56,869 nt of DNA from a virus (lineage: Duplodnaviria; Caudoviricetes), in IMG/VR virus record IMGVR_UViG_3300030389_001641, positions 1 through 56,869 of that record; one strand, given 5' to 3'. Made by a program: the position numbers and the translations under genes. The notes under the pieces were generated by a model, which saw only the letters and a program-made list of their open reading frames with translations, was not told the DNA's origin and did no database searches. Below, piece after piece: positions 36,031 to 45,602 of the stretch (the stretch's first letter is position 1; each line of letters begins with the position of its first letter).

Positions 36031-36143
36031 ACTTTTATTGCAATGTAAATGCAAAGTGCAATGATAATAAGTTTACCATAATCTAAATCCCACTTTGTTC
36101 CTTCACCTTTGTCTTTAAAAAAAGTCATTATTCTAGTTATCAT
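36027..36143 (-). CDS. 38-aa TM peptide
   Basis: Likely start MITRIM; WDLDYGKLIIIALCIYIAIKV; stop overlaps the polA stop. Confidence 0.55.
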   Translation of the reverse strand: MITRIMTFFKDKGEGTKWDLDYGKLIIIALCIYIAIKV

Positions 36144-36144
36144 G

Positions 36145-36360
36145 TTAAGTATCCTTCTCTTCTTCACTTGTTGCTGTACCGGGTATAACTTGACAATAAG
36201 GCTTTGCTTGAAAAACTGTAGGGAACTCAATAGCCTTGTTTGCTTTTTTTACAGCATCTTCAAAACAAGCATCCTTATTTGGAAAAAGCACATTACCCGT
36301 AATTACCATACATGATTGTGCATATACACTTCCGCAAAGTATCATGATGGACATCCACAT
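36145..36360 (-). CDS. small 4-Cys protein with hydrophobic N-terminus
   Basis: 71 aa; MWMSIMILC...C...F.....C...C. Confidence 0.65.
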   Translation of the reverse strand: MWMSIMILCGSVYAQSCMVITGNVLFPNKDACFEDAVKKANKAIEFPTVFQAKPYCQVIPGTATSEEEKDT

Positions 36361-36818
36361 TAATATTTTCCCATGTTAAAAACAGATCCTAAACCTGTTT
36401 TCATACCTATTTGAAGATCTTGTTTTTGATCCATAAGTTCATTCATTGATTTAATTGAATTACCGAAGGCACTTTCTCCTACATTACCAGATGTTGTAAG
36501 CACTCCCCCAGGATAATGAGAAAAACCCACATCTGGTTTACCAAAGGAATCTGCGATCGTATTAAATTGATCCATAGATAGACCTCCATATGGTTGAATA
36601 GCTCCCATAATCCCACCTTCCACAAAGTCTGGGAATGTTTCTTTTATCAATCCCATGAGTTCCTGTCTAAATGGTCCCATTTTCTCTTGACCATAAAAAC
36701 GAATAATCGGTTCGGTGATACTATTTAACATTCTAGGATCAAAACCCATCTGTGGTTGTCCAAAAAGTCCACCTAGTCCTTGTCTCATTTGCATCATTTG
36801 TCCGATTGTATAACTCAT
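36360..36818 (-). CDS. M/G/F-rich low-complexity protein
   Basis: 152 aa; GGAG RBS; GLGGLF and GLGSVF motifs. Confidence 0.6.
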   Translation of the reverse strand: MSYTIGQMMQMRQGLGGLFGQPQMGFDPRMLNSITEPIIRFYGQEKMGPFRQELMGLIKETFPDFVEGGIMGAIQPYGGLSMDQFNTIADSFGKPDVGFSHYPGGVLTTSGNVGESAFGNSIKSMNELMDQKQDLQIGMKTGLGSVFNMGKY

Positions 36819-36821
36819 GAT

Positions 36822-37292
36822 TTACTCCGACAGCTGGAAATGAGGTCCATCTATGAAAGGCCGTCTACCTTGACTACGTCTTAAATCAATATACTCGTTC
36901 ATAGCGTCTTCCATTGTTCCCTCAAAGTTTCTTAAATCTTTTATGTGCCACGCTGCACCCCATACAATGCCAACATCAAGTTCATCTGCAGCTTCTTTCA
37001 TGGCATCTGCTATATCATCATAAAGATTCAACTCCCACGACACACGGCCTTCAATATAACAAATTAAATCGACGGCGTGACTATATCCATCATCTTGAAT
37101 CAAATGTTTACTCGCCATTGTCTGGCTTGCGCCTTTTGCTAAAAGGACTTTTTGTTCCTCGATCGAACGGACTCCGCAGCTCACTCCGAAATCACACCTT
37201 GAAAGTTGTATGGCTTTTAAGACAGTGGAGTGTAGATCCTCTCTTACACCTTCTAATCGACTCATACTTCTCTTTGATAATTTAAAACTCAT
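36822..37292 (-). CDS. endolysin, M15-family L-Ala-D-Glu peptidase
   Basis: LS.RS..RLEGV, GVRS...Q, SKHL, HAVD, WG..W, DGPHFQL. Confidence 0.9.
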   Translation of the reverse strand: MSFKLSKRSMSRLEGVREDLHSTVLKAIQLSRCDFGVSCGVRSIEEQKVLLAKGASQTMASKHLIQDDGYSHAVDLICYIEGRVSWELNLYDDIADAMKEAADELDVGIVWGAAWHIKDLRNFEGTMEDAMNEYIDLRRSQGRRPFIDGPHFQLSE

Positions 37293-40200
37293 GGCTGCCC
37301 CTTCCTATTCTGTAGCTGTTGAGCCAAAGCCAACGTTGCCGGGTCTGGTATTGTTATTGGATTAATCATACTAGCACTCGTTCCCGGTGCTGGTGGCATT
37401 ACGTTTGGTACTTGATTCACTACATCTTGCATTTGATCAAAAGTTCCTGTCATTCTTTGTTCTATTCCTTCGGGAGTGGTTAGTGAAGGTTTAGGAGTTG
37501 GAGGTTGATCTGTTGTTGTAACTCCTGCTGCACTTGCTTGGCCAATTGCTTCATAAACCATTTCTAGTCCTCTACCTATTTTGTCATATTCTCCTTGTCC
37601 TGGTCTAACTCCAGTTGGTCTAGTAACTAAATTTAGAAAGGATTTAGTTCTTAATAGTTTTGACATTACATATATACCACCAAAAGTGCTTAATGTAGTC
37701 AATGGATCCATGATAATACCAACGATACCAAGAGAAGTAGCAATTGTTGCAGGTGCTAATGCACCAAGTCCTTTGATAGGTTCTTGAGAAATTAAAGTTC
37801 CTACTCTTGAGAAGTCATACAATCCATCTACAACTTCTTTACCAAACATCTCGTTTAAAGTATCTCTTCCATAAGAATCTAATTTAGATCTTAGTCTACC
37901 AGCCGCTTTACCAGAAAAAACTGCTTCTACAAATTCTGCTGAAGTTGCGTCTGGTTCTCCCATAGAGGCTAACATTCTTGCCATAGACAAATCTTTTACT
38001 TGTTCCATAGAAGCACTATTTTTTCCTAATTTTTCCTTTGCTATGCGTATGGCATTAGCACCATTTTTTCTAAACACAGCATCAACTACTAAATCAGGAT
38101 CTTGTTGAGCAATTGCTCTTTCTATACCTTGTATAACATTTAACTTACTAAGATTTTTTTGTTCCCCCGCTAAACGATTTATTTCCAAAATTTGTTCTGT
38201 TAAGGGTCTATTGGACATGGCAGCTAAATCTGCTTCTGAGATTCTTTTACCCATACTTTGCATATCTTGTAATACTTTTACTGTATTATTGTAATCTTTT
38301 CCGAATAATATTTTACCTGTTTGACCTAAAGCATAAATATCTTCACTCACTTTTGCAGCATTGATATTTCCAAAAGCATCCTTTTGTCTAAAAAGTCTGT
38401 TTAAATATGTTGATGCCATTACTTCTCTGACAGATTCACTAGCAGAATCAAGATTTTGTCTAGCTACTCTTACTTCTTCTGCAAACTCAAGTGTGTTTTC
38501 AAATGACTTTTTGTAATGATTTTTTAGTGGATCATTTTCTGGTAATTTTTCTACTATCTCTTTCAAAGTAGTCTTATCTACTTTAATATCTGGAACTACA
38601 TCTAAATAATTTTTAGGTATAGGCAAAGAATCTTTTGAAGAAGGAACTACCGTTTTTAAAAAATTTTCTAATTCTAAACCACTACCAGGAACTATTAAAC
38701 CAAATTTAGGATCATACAATTCTTCAGGATTAAAATTAATTTGTTCTTTGTATTTTTGAAAAAGTTCTTTAGCATTCTTTTGTCTAAATTTAGAAACTCC
38801 CTCTTTATAAAAGTCACCTGCTTCTCTTAAATAATCAAACCCATCTGATATTTTTTTCTTTTCAATTTTTGATATTATTCTACCTGTAATAGGATCTCGA
38901 CCTGTTCTTAATAATTCTTTTGCTTTTGCTTCAGACTCTATAAAAGCGTCATCTATAGCTTTACTAAGAACATTTAAAATACCATCTTCTTGTGTTCCTA
39001 CTAAATCTTTATCAAAGGAGGCATGACGCAAAGCAGTTCTTATACTTTGCATAGTTTCGACATCAACAGGATTTTCTAATTTGTTAATTACTTGTCCTAA
39101 TCCTTTTTCTCTTAGTTGTAAGGCTCTCTGTTTATCTGCTAATTTATTAAAAGTAGCTTTAAAATTAGTTACATCAATAATTTGTCTACCTTCTAAAAGC
39201 TCATTCGCTTTTTTATAAAGAGCATTACTGTCCTCATCAAAAGTTCTTTTTGCTAGTTCTATGTTTTTTGCTACTATAGAAGCTCCTCTTGGCTCTGGTT
39301 CTCCAAACATTTTAATAAGTTTGTCTATTTCTTTATCTAACAAATTTTTCATATTTTTATTAGCTTGATCCATTAATTCTTTTGGAGAAGAATAAATTCT
39401 TTTTATATCCTCTTCTAAAGCATTTAATACTTGTTTTGTATCTACTTGTTTTGGAGATATTTTTTTCAATTCTTTAACAATAAATTGAGCATTTTTATTA
39501 GCCATAGCTGTATTTGGTAAAACACCCTCGTATATTGCTTGAAGTCTCCCTAAAATGGGAGAAGTGTTAGCTCCACGAACAGTGGGTCTAGCTCCCTCTG
39601 AAATAGCTTTTCTCATTAAAGCTCTAGCTTCATTAGCTTCAGGTCCCCCAGGTCCTTTTAAAAACCTAGACAAAGCAGAGTTAATAAACCTACCCGCACC
39701 TTCACCTGCAACACCTGCAATAGCTTCAAACAAAGCAGTGTTTCTTACGCTTCTTGAGTCTTGTGCTTGAACTTTTTGTGAATATTCTAATCCTTCATCA
39801 AACAAGTAACCTAATGCAGATCCACCACCAACTACTAGTGCGGCTAGAGGTAGTCCATATCCACTAGCTGCTAAAGAAGCAGCAATACCTCCCACTAAAG
39901 GCCCTCTTGCTTGAGAAAAAAATTCTACAAAATCTTGTTTTGTAAACTTCTCCTCATCTTCTATAGATAAGTTTCCAGAGTTAGGAAGATTGTATCTTTT
40001 CTTTGTTTCATAATCAATTTTGTCTAATTCAAGAACGTATCCTTTTTTTGGATCTTTAAAAAATTGATCATCACTAAACCCTGCCCTATTTAATCTTAAT
40101 TTATACTCTTCATCATTCTCTGCTTGAGCTAAATCTGCTCTAAGACCGATGTCTTTAACTCCAGATACGTCTATTTTTATTTCTGGTTCTTTAGGTTCAT

Positions 40201-40411
40201 CTTTAATGGGTTCTTTTTCTTTTTCAGCAAACAATCTTCTGTAATAATTAGATATATCTTCTTTTTGTGGAGATATGGCTGCTTGAGGAGAATCTTCGAT
40301 TATAGTTGAAAGATTATCCATGATGTATTTTTTTTCTTCATTAGTAGGAGTGTCACCCGCAATATTTACAAGTATCGGACCACTTCTTGTGTTTATTTGT
40401 ATTCTACCCAT
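37289..40411 (-). CDS. large internal virion/ejection protein
   Basis: 1040 aa, helical, with hydrophobic G/A-rich segments near both ends; podovirus ejection-gene position. Confidence 0.65.
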   Translation of the reverse strand: MGRIQINTRSGPILVNIAGDTPTNEEKKYIMDNLSTIIEDSPQAAISPQKEDISNYYRRLFAEKEKEPIKDEPKEPEIKIDVSGVKDIGLRADLAQAENDEEYKLRLNRAGFSDDQFFKDPKKGYVLELDKIDYETKKRYNLPNSGNLSIEDEEKFTKQDFVEFFSQARGPLVGGIAASLAASGYGLPLAALVVGGGSALGYLFDEGLEYSQKVQAQDSRSVRNTALFEAIAGVAGEGAGRFINSALSRFLKGPGGPEANEARALMRKAISEGARPTVRGANTSPILGRLQAIYEGVLPNTAMANKNAQFIVKELKKISPKQVDTKQVLNALEEDIKRIYSSPKELMDQANKNMKNLLDKEIDKLIKMFGEPEPRGASIVAKNIELAKRTFDEDSNALYKKANELLEGRQIIDVTNFKATFNKLADKQRALQLREKGLGQVINKLENPVDVETMQSIRTALRHASFDKDLVGTQEDGILNVLSKAIDDAFIESEAKAKELLRTGRDPITGRIISKIEKKKISDGFDYLREAGDFYKEGVSKFRQKNAKELFQKYKEQINFNPEELYDPKFGLIVPGSGLELENFLKTVVPSSKDSLPIPKNYLDVVPDIKVDKTTLKEIVEKLPENDPLKNHYKKSFENTLEFAEEVRVARQNLDSASESVREVMASTYLNRLFRQKDAFGNINAAKVSEDIYALGQTGKILFGKDYNNTVKVLQDMQSMGKRISEADLAAMSNRPLTEQILEINRLAGEQKNLSKLNVIQGIERAIAQQDPDLVVDAVFRKNGANAIRIAKEKLGKNSASMEQVKDLSMARMLASMGEPDATSAEFVEAVFSGKAAGRLRSKLDSYGRDTLNEMFGKEVVDGLYDFSRVGTLISQEPIKGLGALAPATIATSLGIVGIIMDPLTTLSTFGGIYVMSKLLRTKSFLNLVTRPTGVRPGQGEYDKIGRGLEMVYEAIGQASAAGVTTTDQPPTPKPSLTTPEGIEQRMTGTFDQMQDVVNQVPNVMPPAPGTSASMINPITIPDPATLALAQQLQNRKGQP

Positions 40412-42994
40412 TTACTGACCCATTAAAGTCATACTGATTGGCTTTCCATCTTTATCATATCCCAAATCAAAGATAGGCATATTTTCTTGAGAAAAACCCC
40501 CTTGACCTCCCAAATCAAAAACACCTCTTCTTTTTTGTTCTTCTTTTATAAAATCAAGACCTGTGCCTTCATATCCTGCTACTTTAGGAACTCTAGCAAG
40601 ATTACTAGCGATTGAATCAAAACTTTGTATGGATTGTCTTTGTTTTTTTAATAGTAAAGATATAGCACTATCTATTTTTGCATTAACTCTTTCTTTCGAA
40701 GTTAAATTAATGCTAAATTTACCATTTGCATCTTCTTGTATTAGTCCTCCAAAGAAAGGTTTTATGATATTAAGTAAAACATCTCTATCAGAAATAGAGT
40801 TTGCAGATTGTGTGTTTCCAATGGCAACACTTGTTATATCACCTAAAGCAGATAACATAATATCCTCTATTTGAGCTTGAGTATCATATTTTTTATCCAC
40901 TTGCACACCAAAGAACGTAGCTCCTTTAGTAAAAACATCCCCACTAAATCCTTTAAAACCTCTTGCAAAAGGTGCTGTTTTTGGATCATTTACAAGTTTT
41001 TTAACTTCGTCAAAAATACCAATTGCTCTTACTGCATCCTCTGCTTGATTGATTAAACCTCTAGCTTCTTCTGCTTGAGAAATTACTCCAGAAGCCTTTG
41101 CGGGATCTATTTCTTCTGCACCAAAAAGTTCAGCATAATCTTTTAAACCTTTAATTGAAGCTAAACTTTCCATAGAAGAAGCATACTTCATTCTATCTGC
41201 CATGCTTAACTCTATGTGTGAACCTGGGGCATGATATTTTTTATTTTTTCCTGGTCTTGGATCAGTAAAGCCTTCACTACCCACAACATATAAATCAAAA
41301 TTTCTCATATCTGATCTTAATTGAGCTTTTTCAGCCGCTTCACCTTCTAATCCATATTTAAAAGCAGCTAAAGCAATTTGACGATCAAAAGCGGCTTTAT
41401 CAGCGTTATCTTTCATAAATAAATCAACACCTTTTTCAAGTCCTTTAGCTATATTTGTTAATCCATTAGGACTTTCTCCCGCAGCTATGGCAAAACCCAT
41501 CTTCGCAATAGCTAATCCCTTGTTCATCCCCTCATATTCTGGAGCTTGACTCACAAATTCTTCCATCAACGATTTCATATCTGTTTTTGTGGTTTCTTGA
41601 ACAACTTGATCAGCTATGGCCGCTTTCTCTGATTCTTCAGTATTTTCTTTATTTATTTTTTCTTTTAAAATAGCAGAAACTTTTTCAGAGCTTGATCCAA
41701 TTGGTTCAAAACCTTTCATTTTTTCTGGATCAAGCAACGAAGCCATTTGATTTTGTTTTTGTTCAAATTGATTTTCTTGATCCACTTGTCTTTGTAATTC
41801 TTGTACTGAATCTTCTTTTTTTTGTTCTTTTCTAAAAGCGGGTAAAGCCTCCATAGACGCTCTATCTGCTTGTTGAATATCGTCTATTTTTTTCTGAAAT
41901 TCACTCTCTCTAAAAGCGGGTAAAGCCTCCATAGACGCTCTATCTGCTTGTTGAATCTGTTCTTCTTGTTGATTTCGTCTAATATTATCAATCATAGCTT
42001 GAATTTCATTTTCACTTATTTGAGATTGAGTTATCATATCTTCCATAGATGAAATTTCAGGTTGTCTAAAACCTTCAGGATTAAGAACAGAAAAGGCTTG
42101 GTCAGTAGGCCCAGTTGTTGGAAAAGATCCAGTAAACTCTAATTCAGTGTCTTCTCCTTTAGCTCTTGGTTTAACACCATAACTATATTCTGGCCCTGAC
42201 AACTCCACATCAGGAACTGTTTCTCCCGACATTCTACCTTTCATATCTGGAGTTAATTGACGCAAATAATCCATTGCATCTCCACCAACATCTCCAAAAA
42301 TCTCTCTTATTTGTGCTTCTGCAGCAAGAGGCAATGTTAGAATTCCTTCTCCTATTCTGCCTCTGCCTATGCCAATAGAATTTAAATAATCCATTAGCCT
42401 AGAATTTTGTATCCCCAACTCTCCTCTTCTTTTTGCATCACTATATGCTTGAAAAGCATCAGACGCACCAGCATCTGCTCCAACAAGTTTTCTAGTAAAA
42501 TCAGAAATACTAGTGACGGGAACACTTGGTCCTTTTCTGTCAATTAATTCTTGTTTTATTTCTTGAGTCATTTTGTTTACTTTTGGAGATGTTGCATCCA
42601 CAGATTGATAACCAACAAGAGAACCATTTCTAAAAACAGCGTATCCTCTTTCACCTAGTTTTTCTGAAACAACTGTCGTTCCTCTTTGTGCAGAGGTTCT
42701 AGCTGCTATTTCATCTGGATCTAATGGTACTTCTTTTTTACCAGATAAAGAAGCTCCTATTTTATCCATAAAACTACCGGGTCTTACAGTAAGTTCTGGT
42801 AATTGAATGCTTTTTACCGCATCTAACAGTTGAACAATCGATCCTACTGATCCCGGTAACTGAACATTCCCACCATTATCAAACCTTTGAACCTCGTTCA
42901 TTAGTTCTGGTGAGGATGCCATGATCCCCGCAACTTGATTTAAGTTATCTCTTGCCGGTCTTTTTTTAAATAATTTTCTGTTAGATACTATCAT
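40412..42994 (-). CDS. internal virion/ejection protein
   Basis: 860 aa; GFAIAAGESPN.LTNIAKG segment; internal repeat. Confidence 0.6.
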   Translation of the reverse strand: MIVSNRKLFKKRPARDNLNQVAGIMASSPELMNEVQRFDNGGNVQLPGSVGSIVQLLDAVKSIQLPELTVRPGSFMDKIGASLSGKKEVPLDPDEIAARTSAQRGTTVVSEKLGERGYAVFRNGSLVGYQSVDATSPKVNKMTQEIKQELIDRKGPSVPVTSISDFTRKLVGADAGASDAFQAYSDAKRRGELGIQNSRLMDYLNSIGIGRGRIGEGILTLPLAAEAQIREIFGDVGGDAMDYLRQLTPDMKGRMSGETVPDVELSGPEYSYGVKPRAKGEDTELEFTGSFPTTGPTDQAFSVLNPEGFRQPEISSMEDMITQSQISENEIQAMIDNIRRNQQEEQIQQADRASMEALPAFRESEFQKKIDDIQQADRASMEALPAFRKEQKKEDSVQELQRQVDQENQFEQKQNQMASLLDPEKMKGFEPIGSSSEKVSAILKEKINKENTEESEKAAIADQVVQETTKTDMKSLMEEFVSQAPEYEGMNKGLAIAKMGFAIAAGESPNGLTNIAKGLEKGVDLFMKDNADKAAFDRQIALAAFKYGLEGEAAEKAQLRSDMRNFDLYVVGSEGFTDPRPGKNKKYHAPGSHIELSMADRMKYASSMESLASIKGLKDYAELFGAEEIDPAKASGVISQAEEARGLINQAEDAVRAIGIFDEVKKLVNDPKTAPFARGFKGFSGDVFTKGATFFGVQVDKKYDTQAQIEDIMLSALGDITSVAIGNTQSANSISDRDVLLNIIKPFFGGLIQEDANGKFSINLTSKERVNAKIDSAISLLLKKQRQSIQSFDSIASNLARVPKVAGYEGTGLDFIKEEQKRRGVFDLGGQGGFSQENMPIFDLGYDKDGKPISMTLMGQ
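41831..41956. repeat. perfect 48-nt direct repeat, 78 nt apart (IQQADRASMEALPAFR)
   Basis: 41831-41878 identical to 41909-41956. Confidence 0.9.
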
Positions 42995-43992
42995 GAACTA
43001 AATAACCCACCATTAAAGTAACCAGATTGTTGAAGTCCACCCAGACCCAAACCTAGACCCGCTATTTGTGACATAGGACTTGGTGGAGGCTGATACGTTG
43101 TTCCATAAGTTGTAGAGGTTGAAGGAACACCAGATAACATATCGGCATAAAAACCTAGTTGTCTGTATGGCTCCATCTGTCTGTTCATTAGATTTGTTCT
43201 ATACGCATCAAGACCCGCTTGATTGTATTGTCTTTCCAGACCACCATATCCCGCTAACATTCCTAAATCACCCATCATAGCTCTTTGTTGAGCTTCACCC
43301 AACGCTGATTGTGCTAATCCAGATTTAGTCATGCCCCCTGCCAAAGAACCAATACCTTGACCCAAAGCACCATATAATCTACCCGCACCTTGTAATCTTC
43401 TTTGTTGAGCTTCAAAAGCTCTTTGAGCTTGATCTTGAGCTTGACGAAAACCAGTAGACCTAAGTCTAGCAGCTAAATTTGACGCTCTGTCAGAATAATC
43501 ACGAGCTAACTCTCTGTCCGCAACGGCAGCTCTACTACCACCAAATGCACCCGCACCTACTGCACCCGCATCAAGTTTTTGTTGTTGAATATCTTGTTGC
43601 CTAGCTAAATCTTTTTCTGTTTCTTTAATGACATCTTCTGTATAAGGATCCATAAATCCTTTGTAGGAAGTTGGATCATATGTCTTCATGGAAGCACCAA
43701 TGGTTGGAATACCTAACGCACTATAATCAAGAGCTTTGTTATAAGCATCGATACCCGTACCTATAGTATCTGATCCTGCCTGCATCATAGGAAGGTAAGA
43801 ACCCACCCCCGCATAAGCTTTTTGTATGGCAGCCTTCTCGCCTTCCGATAAGTCAGCTAATTCAATGTCAGCAGGAACAAAATTCTTTTTTGAATCTAAG
43901 AAAAGTGCTTCTGCTTCGGCTAGTATATCTTTTTTAGCTTTTTCCTCATAACCGGGAAGCTTCTTCATTTGTATTTGTGTATATGTTGACAT
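42991..43992 (-). CDS. DNA pilot/ejection protein-like
   Basis: 333 aa, Q/A/G-rich; MDPY...V, AGAFGGSR, C-terminal GLGLGLGGL. Confidence 0.65.
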   Translation of the reverse strand: MSTYTQIQMKKLPGYEEKAKKDILAEAEALFLDSKKNFVPADIELADLSEGEKAAIQKAYAGVGSYLPMMQAGSDTIGTGIDAYNKALDYSALGIPTIGASMKTYDPTSYKGFMDPYTEDVIKETEKDLARQQDIQQQKLDAGAVGAGAFGGSRAAVADRELARDYSDRASNLAARLRSTGFRQAQDQAQRAFEAQQRRLQGAGRLYGALGQGIGSLAGGMTKSGLAQSALGEAQQRAMMGDLGMLAGYGGLERQYNQAGLDAYRTNLMNRQMEPYRQLGFYADMLSGVPSTSTTYGTTYQPPPSPMSQIAGLGLGLGGLQQSGYFNGGLFSS

Positions 43993-44738
43993 TAGGCCAT
44001 CCTTGAAAATTGATTTTGTAAAGCATACATCCTAGCAGCACCTTTGGCTCGATCACCACCACCTAGTCCTTCGACAGCATCTGTTCTCATGACAAACTCA
44101 CCATCGGATAATTTAGCTTCTTGAACTTTTCTACCATTTTGATAAATCCCCGCATCAATACTATCAGAGGTCTTGGTTCCAGGACCTTGGATAAAACCTC
44201 CTTCTCTTGCACGTACAGGAATAGGACGATCATATCTACCAGTAAATGGGTCTAGCATACCTTGAAAAACTTGCCCCTCGTAATCTGGAAGAGTTTCCAT
44301 ATCTGCTGCAGCAAATTGAGGCGGTGGATCTTGTTTCTCTCCCAAAGCACCAAAGATACCATAGAGCGTTGCAGCTTGTGTGGCTGCTTTAAATGGATCA
44401 TCTTTTATTCTGTCCAAAATTCCTTTAGACCCTAACTTTTCCATACTTCTCCTGTCGGCTTCTTTAATCAATTGTCTCTTAGCAACATCTGACAACCCAT
44501 CAGTAGCAGCTTTTGTTTTACCACCTGTTCCCAAAACTTGTCCAATATCACCAAAAGAACCAATGCCAAGAGCTTTTCCTGCCACTCCTCCCAACATAGC
44601 ATCTCTTGCAGCTTCACCAATACTTTTCTTTCCAGAGGCTAAAGAAGCAATGCCTGTAAGTAGTCCAACAGGACCAAGAAAACCTAAGATGCCCCCTCCA
44701 CCTACAGATCCAAATATCTTACCTAAAGCTTCAAACAT
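43992..44738 (-). CDS. ejection-associated protein with tape-measure-like C-terminal motif
   Basis: Gly-rich hydrophobic N-terminus; EGGFIQGPGT.TSDSI...LSDGEFV motif. Confidence 0.6.
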   Translation of the reverse strand: MFEALGKIFGSVGGGGILGFLGPVGLLTGIASLASGKKSIGEAARDAMLGGVAGKALGIGSFGDIGQVLGTGGKTKAATDGLSDVAKRQLIKEADRRSMEKLGSKGILDRIKDDPFKAATQAATLYGIFGALGEKQDPPPQFAAADMETLPDYEGQVFQGMLDPFTGRYDRPIPVRAREGGFIQGPGTKTSDSIDAGIYQNGRKVQEAKLSDGEFVMRTDAVEGLGGGDRAKGAARMYALQNQFSRMA

Positions 44739-44797
44739 TCATCTCTCCTTAATTTTAAACATCTTAGCAGATGTTTCTTTAAATTACTATAGGGTCG

Positions 44798-45091
44798 TTA
44801 CGTTGTAACTGTCACAGATCCCACTGACCCTGTACCTACATTCGTTGCGGGGTGAGGCTTGTTAGATTCTGTTATCTTAACGAAACCACCATGATTAAAT
44901 ATAGCTCCTACCTCTAATCCTTGATCGTGATTTTTTAAAGTAGTAAACGTCATTTCAGAAGATCGACCCTCACCAGGATTTTGTATTTGTGTTAAATACA
45001 AAGCAAAAGATTGAACAATCTGGTTCATATAGTCCTTGGTATATTGGTCTGGTGGAGACGGGAAAAAGGGTAAAGCAAGATTTCTAGCCAT
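44798..45091 (-). CDS. tail-associated hypothetical protein
   Basis: Likely start MARNLALP; C-terminal GSVGSVTVTT. Confidence 0.6.
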   Translation of the reverse strand: MARNLALPFFPSPPDQYTKDYMNQIVQSFALYLTQIQNPGEGRSSEMTFTTLKNHDQGLEVGAIFNHGGFVKITESNKPHPATNVGTGSVGSVTVTT

Positions 45092-45602
45092 TGTCCTTGA
45101 TCTCCTTATAATCACCCTCAATAAAAGCTTGTGGATATTTCTTCTGTAACTGTTCTAAACGCAAAACAATGTCCTCTCTAGTTAGATCATCGAGAGAATG
45201 AACAGTTTCTCTTCTATCTATGGTCAATCCACCCAATGCCGACCTTATTTTTTCAGCGTTGATAGATGCTGAAAACTGCCCTGCTTCTTCTGCACCTTTT
45301 GATAGCTCACTCAATCTTTTGAGTTGACCCATAATGGTCACACCATAACGCCTTTCGGTTTCTTGCCTTAATTCTTGTATATACTCTGGAACTTGTGGGT
45401 ACTTAATACCACTTAACAAATGATGTGCTACTGTATTAGCAACTTTTGGTGAGAAACCTGCTTTTCTTGCACATTCTGCATTGGAATAAATACCTTCTAC
45501 ATAATATTTTGCAAACTCACGTTGTCTATTGGTAAGTTTTCGATCTAAGCGAGTTTCTACTTCTTTCGCTATTTTCTGTTGTTGAACAGTTTGTTTTGCC
45601 AT
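45084..45602 (-). CDS. terS: terminase small subunit
   Basis: LTNRQREFA.YY, N.ECARKAGFS.K.A...A..LL, P.V..YI.EL HTH signature; TAATG-coupled start. Confidence 0.8.
   Translation of the reverse strand: MAKQTVQQQKIAKEVETRLDRKLTNRQREFAKYYVEGIYSNAECARKAGFSPKVANTVAHHLLSGIKYPQVPEYIQELRQETERRYGVTIMGQLKRLSELSKGAEEAGQFSASINAEKIRSALGGLTIDRRETVHSLDDLTREDIVLRLEQLQKKYPQAFIEGDYKEIKDNG

Noticed and set aside
43000-44200. Frequent CCCGC on the top strand
   Set aside because: It reads GCGGG on the coding strand in both minus- and plus-strand genes, consistent with Ala-Gly codon pairs rather than a polar DNA signal
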